Shown here piece after piece: positions 9,635 to 17,035 of a DNA stretch of 64,000 nucleotides. Below the pieces are notes generated by a model that was not told the DNA's origin, did no database searches, and saw nothing but the letters and a program-made list of their open reading frames with translations. The stretch covers positions 32,001 through 96,000 of the forward strand of contig JACQQD010000001.1 of the NCBI GenBank assembly GCA_016207165.1, read 5' to 3'. The translations under genes were made by a program, and so were the position numbers. Position 1 is the first letter of the stretch; the number at the start of each line of letters is the position of its first letter. Source of the DNA: Candidatus Micrarchaeota archaeon (GTDB lineage Archaea; Micrarchaeota; Micrarchaeia; Norongarragalinales; Norongarragalinaceae).

Positions 9635-10027
9635 ATGGTCGACGAACAAGAACAACCCGAAGCGCAAAAAGACGTCGCGGAAGACGAGGAAATGAGCGAG
9701 GAAGAAGAGGAAAGCGAGAGGCTTCCGTTCCCCAACGCGCGCGTCGTCAAAATCATTAAAGACAACCTCAAAAACGAGCACCAAATCAAGAAGGAAGCGC
9801 GGCTGGGCGCCAACCACTTCCTCGGCGAGATTCTGTCCGACGTCGCGCAAAGCATGGACCAAGAGCAATACTTCACGTTGTCCATCGAGCACTTCAACAA
9901 CGCGGCCCGCAAATACCGGGAAATTGGTTTACAGAAGAAACGCATCCAGCGCATCAAGAAAGTCCTGGAAAAACAGCGCGCGGAACTCGATGAAATCATC
10001 GCCGAAATCGACTTGCACACCCAATAG
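9635..10027 (+). CDS. Histone-fold (NF-YB/HMf-like) protein with acidic N-tail and C-terminal coiled coil
   Basis: LPFPNARVVKIIK...IKKEA...FL..I...TLSIEHF..A histone-fold pattern. Confidence 0.65.
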   Translation: MVDEQEQPEAQKDVAEDEEMSEEEEESERLPFPNARVVKIIKDNLKNEHQIKKEARLGANHFLGEILSDVAQSMDQEQYFTLSIEHFNNAARKYREIGLQKKRIQRIKKVLEKQRAELDEIIAEIDLHTQ

Positions 10028-10038
10028 GTCCACGACCA

Positions 10039-10893
10039 ATGAGCGACGAGCCGGAAAAGAAAAACGACGCCGCCCCCCGCAAACGACTGGACGCGGCCAA
10101 AGGCAAAGTCGCAGAACTACGCATCCAGAACCGCCAAGCCATCGAGGAAGTCAAGGCCCTCCACGAAAACGCGAAAAAAGAGAAGGAATTGCGCGACGCG
10201 GAAAACCAGGCCGTCAAAAACCTCAAAAAGGCGTGGCAAGACCAAGAGCACGCCGCCGCCCACATCAAGCAAGAGTTGGCCGCCGCCCGAAAGCAAACCG
10301 ACGCGGTTCCACGAGGCCAGAATCCGCAGCGCCTCAAAGCCGAACTGGAACAACTCGAGTGGGTCCAACAAACCGAAGCGCTTTCCAAGCAAGAGGACCG
10401 CGAAATCTCCAAAAAAGTCAAGGCCATCCTCAAGGCGCTACCCGAAGCCGAAACAGCGTCGGGAACGTTCCAGAAAATCCGGGAACTGGAGAAAACGCTG
10501 TACGCGGCCAACGACTCGGCGCGAAAGACGCGCCAGGAAATGAGCCAGCACGCCAAGAAAAGCGATGACCACCACAAAAACCACGTCACCCTCCTAAAGA
10601 AAGCCAATTCATTGTCCAAGAAGATCACGGAACGCTTCAAGGAACTGGATGAAAAACGCGCGGCGTTGATGGAAGAAGAACAGAAAATCCGGGACGAACG
10701 CAAAGCCGAACGCGACTCGGCGAAAGCGGACCGCGAAGCACTCAAAACAGAGCGCCAGCACGCCAACACCAAAGCCCGCGAAAAAGCCAGGCTCCTCGCC
10801 GGCAAAGTCCTGGAAAAAATCAAGAACGGCGGCAAACTCACGTTGGAAGACCTCCAAATCATCCAGGAAGCCGGCATTGACTTGACGGCGTGA
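10039..10893 (+). CDS. Archaeal coiled-coil protein (COG1340-like)
   Basis: Heptad-rich; LEWVQQTEALS..EDRE and C-terminal K..NGGKLTLEDL. Confidence 0.7.
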   Translation: MSDEPEKKNDAAPRKRLDAAKGKVAELRIQNRQAIEEVKALHENAKKEKELRDAENQAVKNLKKAWQDQEHAAAHIKQELAAARKQTDAVPRGQNPQRLKAELEQLEWVQQTEALSKQEDREISKKVKAILKALPEAETASGTFQKIRELEKTLYAANDSARKTRQEMSQHAKKSDDHHKNHVTLLKKANSLSKKITERFKELDEKRAALMEEEQKIRDERKAERDSAKADREALKTERQHANTKAREKARLLAGKVLEKIKNGGKLTLEDLQIIQEAGIDLTA

Positions 10894-10902
10894 ACCGCCG
10901 CC

Positions 10903-11784
10903 ATGGCCAATATCACTGTTGTGGGCGCTGGAGGCGTCGGCGCGCAAACCCTGCTTGAACTCTCCAACGCATCCACCCGGCACACCATCAACGTCATTGA
11001 CCGCGACGTCGTTGAAGAATCAGGCCTTGCCCGCCAACGGCTTTACACGAAAAGCGACGTCGGCAAACTCAAAGCCCACGCCGCTCAAGAAAGACTCGGC
11101 GTCCATGGCATTGACGCCCACCTCAATGAAGACAACGCCGACGAGTTGCTCAAGGGCGCCGACGCGGTTTTGGATTGCACCGACAACTGGCAAACGCGCT
11201 GCGCGATGAACGCGTGGGCCCTGAAAACCAAGAAGCCATGGGTTTTCACGTCCGCCATCCGCGACGAATCCATGGCTACAACCCTCGCCCCCCAAACGCC
11301 TTGCTTCGTCTGCTGGAACCCGGAACCCAAAACCCCGCGGTCATGCCGCATTGAAGGAATCCGAGAAGAAACCACGCGCATCGCCGCGCAAACCCAAGTC
11401 CAAGAACTTCGGCAACTCCTTCAAAAAAAACCGCGACTCGCCGGCGTCCTGCAATACACGAATGCCACCACGAAAACCTGTGCCACGACGCGCATCAAGA
11501 AGAACCCGAACTGCCCCGCCTGCGTGAAAAAAACATTCCAAACCCCGAAAACCAATGCCGCCCTGCTTTGCGGCGACGGGGAATACTTGTTTGAAACCGG
11601 CGTTTCTTTCACGAAAGACGCGCTTTCGTCGTTAAACCCCAAGCCATTTGGCGACGTGATGAAAATCCGGTTCCGAAAAGGCGAACTCGTCGTTTTCTCT
11701 ACAGGCCGCATCCTGAGTCGCGGCCTAAGCCAACGCCAGGCCGAAGCGGCCGTGGAGCACATCAAACAAAAACAAGAAAACTAA
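10903..11784 (+). CDS. ThiF/MoeB/UbaA-family adenylyltransferase
   Basis: VVGAGGVG, IDRDVVEESGLARQRL, DCTDN, PCFVC, CPAC. Confidence 0.9.
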   Translation: MANITVVGAGGVGAQTLLELSNASTRHTINVIDRDVVEESGLARQRLYTKSDVGKLKAHAAQERLGVHGIDAHLNEDNADELLKGADAVLDCTDNWQTRCAMNAWALKTKKPWVFTSAIRDESMATTLAPQTPCFVCWNPEPKTPRSCRIEGIREETTRIAAQTQVQELRQLLQKKPRLAGVLQYTNATTKTCATTRIKKNPNCPACVKKTFQTPKTNAALLCGDGEYLFETGVSFTKDALSSLNPKPFGDVMKIRFRKGELVVFSTGRILSRGLSQRQAEAAVEHIKQKQEN

Positions 11785-11838
11785 CACGGCGCCTCACGCG
11801 GCCGAAAGAGTTAAATAAGTGGGCCCACTTATTTTTGC

Positions 11839-12066
11839 ATGACGAACATCACGTTGTCGGTGAACGACGCGGTTTACAAAAAAATGAAGAACCACTCGGA
11901 AATCAAGTGGAGTGAGTTCGTGCGGAAAGCCATCCAACAGAGAATCGAGGAACTGGAAAAAGTGTCACCTGAAAAAAAAGAAAGCCTGTTGACCATGCTG
12001 GCCTCACAAGACGTTCTGAAGAAGGATTGGGACAACAAAAAGGACGCGCGGTGGGACCGTGTTTGA
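11839..12066 (+). CDS. RHH-type antitoxin
   Basis: MTNITLSV...KWSEFVRKAI; overlaps the downstream MazF gene. Confidence 0.8.
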   Translation: MTNITLSVNDAVYKKMKNHSEIKWSEFVRKAIQQRIEELEKVSPEKKESLLTMLASQDVLKKDWDNKKDARWDRV

Positions 12067-12391
12067 CCAAAACGAAGTAGTGCTGGTTCCATTCCCATTT
12101 TCTGACTTAACGGGCACCAAACAGCGGCCGGCACTGGTCATCTCCAACGACAAAGTCAATAAAAGCGAGGACCGCATATGCTGCCTAATCACCAGCAATG
12201 CACCAAAGGACGGCGTCTTGGTTTCGTCCACCGCCCTCCGACAGGGAAGCCTTCCCTTCAAAAGCTGGGTAAAGCCGCAACGCATTTTCACAGTGAGCCA
12301 ACGCCTCATCAGAAAGAGAATCTGTACCGTCAGCAACGAATTTCACGAAGACATCCTCGCGAAACTCGCTGGCTATCTAAAACGACTGTGA
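12059..12391 (+). CDS. mazF: MazF/PemK family toxin
   Basis: VVLVPFPFSDLTGTKQRPALVIS...CCLITSN. Confidence 0.9.
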   Translation: MFDQNEVVLVPFPFSDLTGTKQRPALVISNDKVNKSEDRICCLITSNAPKDGVLVSSTALRQGSLPFKSWVKPQRIFTVSQRLIRKRICTVSNEFHEDILAKLAGYLKRL

Positions 12392-12434
12392 CTGGGGACG
12401 GCGCCACACCGCGACCCTCCAACGAAAAAAAGAG

Positions 12435-12551
12435 AGCAGGGACGGGGAGTCGAACCCCGCTACCCCGCTTTACGCCCACGCTAACCCATCAAAAAACGAG
12501 TTCAGCGACATAAGCCTGCAGGCGGGTACATGGCCGCTCTGTCATCCCTGC
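12435..12551 (-). tRNA. tRNA-Cys(GCA) with 46-nt intron (12470-12515)
   Basis: GCAGGGA/TCCCTGC acceptor stem, U73, CCCGC/GCGGG anticodon stem, GTTCGACTC T-loop. Confidence 0.9.
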
Positions 12552-12579
12552 GCCACCCATAACATGCCCAACCCGCGTT

Positions 12580-13347
12580 TTATTTCTTTCCACCCGAACC
12601 GCCGCCAAACAAAAACCGGCTCAACTCGTCAAACCCATCCTCAACCAATCCAGGCAAAAGCACCACGGCATACAACGCGCCCGCCAAGGCTCCAGCCAAG
12701 TGCACCCAGAAATCCGGTTGCGCGGAGGCCTCCTTGGCTCGCGCCTGTTTTTGTTCCTCCAAAGAAACAACGACGCGATCCGCCTCCGCCCGCGCCTCTT
12801 CCGCCTCGACGGCTTGGCCGCGTTCCTCCAAGTCCGCGGCACGTTGCTCCAACGCCTCGGCCTTGACTTCCATCTGCGAAAACGAGGACGACGTTGCGGC
12901 GTCAAGCAACGGCAGAACCACGAACATGGAAAGAAGGGGCACGCCCAACAACAAAACCGCCGCCACCTTGGGACGCACCAAGGCGCCGGCCGCCATCAAC
13001 CCCGCCACACCCCCGGAGGCGCCCGCCAAAAGAGAACCCGGAGACAAAAAAGCGAACGCCAACGCGGCCAAAAAACCCGACAAGAAAAACACGGCCACCA
13101 CGTGGCGGCCGGAGGCCGCGGACTCCAACAAAACCGCGAAAAACACCAAGGGCACCAAGTTGCCGGCCAAATGCTGGACCCCCAAATGATACCCCACGTA
13201 AAACAGCAACGCCAACGGATTCTGGGCGCCAAACGCGTTCTGCGACAACGTCACCACGTCCGGGTACCAGTTGCCGCCCGAAGAAAACGCGTACACGGCC
13301 ACCAATGCGGCGACCAACAACGCCGACGCCCACGGAACCTTGAACAT
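12580..13347 (-). CDS. Rhomboid intramembrane serine protease with coiled-coil insertion
   Basis: HLGVQHLAGN, GASGG catalytic Ser, VHLAGALAG catalytic His. Confidence 0.85.
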   Translation of the reverse strand: MFKVPWASALLVAALVAVYAFSSGGNWYPDVVTLSQNAFGAQNPLALLFYVGYHLGVQHLAGNLVPLVFFAVLLESAASGRHVVAVFFLSGFLAALAFAFLSPGSLLAGASGGVAGLMAAGALVRPKVAAVLLLGVPLLSMFVVLPLLDAATSSSFSQMEVKAEALEQRAADLEERGQAVEAEEARAEADRVVVSLEEQKQARAKEASAQPDFWVHLAGALAGALYAVVLLPGLVEDGFDELSRFLFGGGSGGKK

Positions 13348-13553
13348 AGGAAACAGGAAAGACAAGGCCCGCCAATAAAAAACGCGCGAAACGCCAACCA
13401 AAGACTAGGGTTCGAAGAGAATTAGGCCAGCCCCCACACGGGAGCTGGCAGGGCGACCAGTTTAACCCACCTTCACAGAATACGTAAAGATTGAGACGAA
13501 AGCGCGCAATAAAAGGGTTTCGGGTTTAAAAACCCTTCGAAACAAAGCACGCC

Positions 13554-14747
13554 GTGGCAAAAAAAAAGTGGAGTAGCCGGCGCCGGGTGTCCGAGCGGGC
13601 GCGGGCCGTGGTCTTGGACATGGACGGCATCCTGGTGCGCGAAGACGCGGCACTGGCGTTCTTCCAACGCCAAGGCCTGGAAACGGAGTTCTGGAGACAA
13701 CGGGACTTGACCAACGCCGCATTCAGCAACCGAGGCAATCGGCGGGACGTGGAGCGCTTTCGCCGCCAAGTCAATCGGATCAACCGCGCCTTGTTTCCCG
13801 GTGCCGCACCGGAAGAACTGGAGCGCCACAACCATTTGTACCCCGGCGCCGTCATGAAGACGCTGTTGCACCAACTCATCCTCCAACGCAAAAACCGGGG
13901 AAACCCGCTGCATGTTGACGAGCTTAGGGACATTGGCCGAACCGCGGGCCTCATGCCCGGCGCCGCCAAACTCATCGCGTACCTGAAAAATCATCCGCAC
14001 GTGCGAAGCCGAATCTACATCAACACCGCCGCCTACCAACCCATCGCTGAAGAAGTCGCCGCGCGCCTGGGCATCCCAAAAAGCCACGTGTTTGGCACCC
14101 CCGTGGACGTAAACCGGGACGGCCACGTCCTGGGCATGCCCACGGAAGCCAACATCATGCGGTTCAAGCGCCAGCCCCTGGCCGCCATCATTCGGCACTC
14201 CCGCGTGCCCCGCCGACGCATGGTCGCCGTCGGCGACAGCGCCACCGACTTGGAATTTCTCACGGCCGTCTCAATTCCAGGCACCGGCATCGGACACCGG
14301 TTTGATCCAACCACCGGAGAAAAGAAGCGTGTGACAATGCCCTCGCGCCAAGGCGGCATCGCCATCGCACACAACCCAAGCCAAGACATGCTGGAACGCA
14401 TCCGCCGGGGCGGGCCCTTGTTTGGCCGCGGCATGACGCTTTCCTTGTTCTTGACGCCCATCGGGGACCAGGACCATCCCACCCACCCCAATGCCGTGGT
14501 CGCCGCCGCCCACCGCTTGGATCGAATCACCCCCATATTCCGCGCCGTCTTGAAAAGCAGGGACCCAAAAAAGCAGGGCAAAGCCCTGGTGAAGCTGGTT
14601 GAAGAAAGTCAAGCGCGCCGCGAGTCGGAAGACCAACCCATTTTTGCGTTCGCGAACCGCGAAGTGGGCCCGGACTACGAAAGTCAAATTGGAAGAATCC
14701 GCAAGCGCGCCCGAGGCGCCGTGGCCGAGAAGACGACGAGAGACTAG
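13554..14747 (+). CDS. HAD-superfamily hydrolase-like protein with Arg-rich extensions
   Basis: VVLDMDG motif I, LMPGA, VAVGDSATDLEF motif IV. Confidence 0.7.
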   Translation: MAKKKWSSRRRVSERARAVVLDMDGILVREDAALAFFQRQGLETEFWRQRDLTNAAFSNRGNRRDVERFRRQVNRINRALFPGAAPEELERHNHLYPGAVMKTLLHQLILQRKNRGNPLHVDELRDIGRTAGLMPGAAKLIAYLKNHPHVRSRIYINTAAYQPIAEEVAARLGIPKSHVFGTPVDVNRDGHVLGMPTEANIMRFKRQPLAAIIRHSRVPRRRMVAVGDSATDLEFLTAVSIPGTGIGHRFDPTTGEKKRVTMPSRQGGIAIAHNPSQDMLERIRRGGPLFGRGMTLSLFLTPIGDQDHPTHPNAVVAAAHRLDRITPIFRAVLKSRDPKKQGKALVKLVEESQARRESEDQPIFAFANREVGPDYESQIGRIRKRARGAVAEKTTRD

Positions 14748-14762
14748 GGCAAACGGGAAAGA

Positions 14763-14880
14763 CGGGCCCGGTGGGATTTGGACCCACGACATTTCGGTCA
14801 CTCTGGAGGACGCGGTTGCCAGTACGGCAACCGCTTCGCGCTTAAGAGCCGAACGCTCTGCCAAGCTGAGCTACGGGCCC
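14763..14880 (-). tRNA. tRNA-Lys(CTT) with 44-nt intron (14799-14842)
   Basis: GGGCCCG acceptor stem, TTCGG/CCGAA anticodon stem, intron at 37/38 containing a perfect hairpin. Confidence 0.9.
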
Positions 14881-14976
14881 ACAAACCAACACAAGCACTA
14901 ACCGTCGTTGCATTGGTTTGACAGAAAAAACGTTGTTCGGACCCTGGTTTATATGCGTTGTTTTCCCCGGTGCGTT

Positions 14977-15182
14977 GACTATAGCAAACCTCGAAAGTCT
15001 CGCAAGACTTGAGAGCCGTTTCTTGCAAGTCGGCACGACTTGCAAGGTCTTGGAAGCCGCAGCTTCCAAGGCCACACAAGTTCCGCCGAACTTGTGATGC
15101 CACACAAATCGCAACGGCGATTTGTGCTGTGCTAGATAGTCGTCCACGACTATTTCGTCGTCTTGTTTTCGTGGACGACTAT
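14977..15182 (+). ncRNA. Candidate structured ncRNA or DNA element: five tandem hairpins, basal stem and alternative 14-bp inverted repeat
   Basis: Stems read directly at 14995-15010, 15022-15046, 15047-15072, 15075-15096 and 15103-15126; TATA-like TTTATA near 14948; strand inferred. Confidence 0.6.
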
Positions 15183-15215
15183 AAATACACAAAACACGAA
15201 TACTCCGTGACGCAC

Positions 15216-15671
15216 ATGGAACACCCGTACGGCCCGCTTCTTGAACACTTCGGAAACGGCAAAGCGCAGTTCAAAGTGCAGCGGCACGCACGCGGGCCCT
15301 TGTTGGTGTTCACCGCAAGAACCCCGGAAGAAAAATCCGCGCTTTGGAACGAGGTCAAACGCGTTCGGGCAAAACTTAGGCAGACAGAACAAGAAGCGCC
15401 GAAACCGCAAGCACGACCCGCCGGCCTGTTCCAGCGAGTTTTTGGAATTGGAAGACAAAAAGAAACGCCGCAGGCACCCGCAGTTCAAAAGCATGAAGAA
15501 CCCAAGCTCCGTGAAAAGCCCAAAAACCCCGACGAACAGCTCCGCCAAGAGCTGGAGGCGTTGGCCCGCGACGTGTTTCCATCCGCGACACACTACGCCG
15601 ACGTCACCAAAGGGGTGTTGGCGCCCGGCACATTCACGTTGGAAGTGGCGCGGAGATTCAACGGGCCATGA
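15216..15671 (+). CDS. Hypothetical protein
   Basis: ATG 15216 downstream of TATA-like TATAAATA; ATGA overlap with trm56. Confidence 0.65.
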   Translation: MEHPYGPLLEHFGNGKAQFKVQRHARGPLLVFTARTPEEKSALWNEVKRVRAKLRQTEQEAPKPQARPAGLFQRVFGIGRQKETPQAPAVQKHEEPKLREKPKNPDEQLRQELEALARDVFPSATHYADVTKGVLAPGTFTLEVARRFNGP

Positions 15672-16180
15672 TCACCGTCCTGCGACTGGGCCACCGCAAA
15701 GACCGCGACAAGCGCGCCAGCATGCACGTGGCGCTGGTCGCGCGGGCACTGGGGGCCGACGGAATCGTGTTCTGCGGCGAAAAAGACGACGCACTGCTTG
15801 AACGCGTCAACGCCGTCTCCAAAAAATGGGGCGGAAAATTTCGCGCGACGTTTTCCGCGTCCTACCGGACCACGATCAAGAAATTCCCCGGCACGAAAGT
15901 GCATTTGACCATGTACGGGAAACCCGTCCAAGGCGCCGCGCCCGCGCTGGCGGGAAAAAAGTTGCTGGTGGTCGTGGGATCTGAGAAAGTGCCCCGCGAC
16001 GTCTACGCCTTGTGCGATTGCAACGTGGCGGTGACGAACCAACCGCACTCGGAAATTGCGGCGTTGGCGTTGTTTTTGCGCGAAGTGCTTGGAAAAAAAG
16101 CGTTTGAAAAAAAATTTCCAGGGGCCCAAGTCACGATTTTGCCTTCGGAAAAAGGAAAAAACGTGAAAAAGTATAAATAG
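15668..16180 (+). CDS. trm56: tRNA (cytidine-56-2'-O)-methyltransferase
   Basis: VLRLGHR..RDKR..HVALVARALGA, VHLTMYG, VGSEKVP, NQPHSEIAAL. Confidence 0.95.
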   Translation: MITVLRLGHRKDRDKRASMHVALVARALGADGIVFCGEKDDALLERVNAVSKKWGGKFRATFSASYRTTIKKFPGTKVHLTMYGKPVQGAAPALAGKKLLVVVGSEKVPRDVYALCDCNVAVTNQPHSEIAALALFLREVLGKKAFEKKFPGAQVTILPSEKGKNVKKYK

Positions 16181-16202
16181 CCAGGGTCGTAAAAGGCAAC
16201 GT

Positions 16203-16748
16203 ATGGCGCGGCGAGATAAATCGGACCCTACACTGGAACAAATCCACGCCTACGCCTTGGAAGTGTGCGGCGACCGCGGCTTGCGCGTCGCCCAAACCGT
16301 CGGCGACGGGGCGACGGATGAAAAAATCGAGAAGAAAACCAAGTTCAAAGTCGCCGAAATCCGCGCCGTGCTCAACCAACTCCACGAACACGGCATCGTC
16401 GAGTACACGCGCGAAAAGAATTTGGAGAACGGGTGGTTCACGTACACGTGGCGCATCAACCCCGACCGCGCCATGCGCAACTTTTTGTCCGCGAAAAAAC
16501 AGCAACACCAGAAACTCATGCGGCAAATGGCCGGCGAAGAAAGCAAGCTCTTCTATTCCTGCAGAAGAAAATGCATGCGCATTGCGTTTGACGACGCCAT
16601 GGAATCCGACTTCCGCTGCCCGGAGTGCCAAGGCAAGATGCGGTTTGCCAGCAACGACGGCGAATTGAAGGCACTGGAACAAAAAATTTCCGCGTTGGAG
16701 CAAATCCTGTTGCCCACCCACAACGGATTCCAGTCGCCCGAAGCGTAA
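16203..16748 (+). CDS. tfe: Transcription factor E alpha
   Basis: TDEKI wHTH, GWFTYTW and FRCPEC Zn ribbon. Confidence 0.9.
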   Translation: MARRDKSDPTLEQIHAYALEVCGDRGLRVAQTVGDGATDEKIEKKTKFKVAEIRAVLNQLHEHGIVEYTREKNLENGWFTYTWRINPDRAMRNFLSAKKQQHQKLMRQMAGEESKLFYSCRRKCMRIAFDDAMESDFRCPECQGKMRFASNDGELKALEQKISALEQILLPTHNGFQSPEA

Positions 16749-16807
16749 CCGGGAAACGTTTATAACCCGACTTGGCCACACGATACAACACAACGAACTC
16801 TTTTTGC

Positions 16808-16882
16808 AGCGGGGTAGGGTAGCCAGGAGTGCCCGCTGGGCTCATAACCCGGAGATCAGTGGTTCAAATCCACTCCCCGCTA
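16808..16882 (+). tRNA. Initiator tRNA-Met(CAT)
   Basis: A1-U72 pair, GGG/CCC anticodon stem, CTCATAA loop. Confidence 0.95.
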
Positions 16883-17035
16883 TACTTTTTCCTCCAACCG
16901 CCAACAAACGCGCGGGTAAAACCAACCAAAAAAAACTCAAACACGGCAAAAAAGTATCCCGCGCCGCCGTTCAAGCGCGCCGCAAAAAGAAAACACAGAT
17001 AAAAGACGCCGCATCCAAACCCATTGGAACACGCC

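Noticed and set aside
10903-11784. ThiF protein as the E1 of the ubiquitin cascade
   Set aside because: MoeB/UbaA-type features and 25 kb away; a better E1 lies within the locus
14977-15182. CRISPR array interpretation of the hairpin series
   Set aside because: Units are not identical repeats, there are no spacers, and no cas genes are in the window
15009-15215. N-terminal extension of ORF 15009-15671 across the hairpins
   Set aside because: A TATA-like box and ATG at 15216 give a better start; the extension just reads through palindromes
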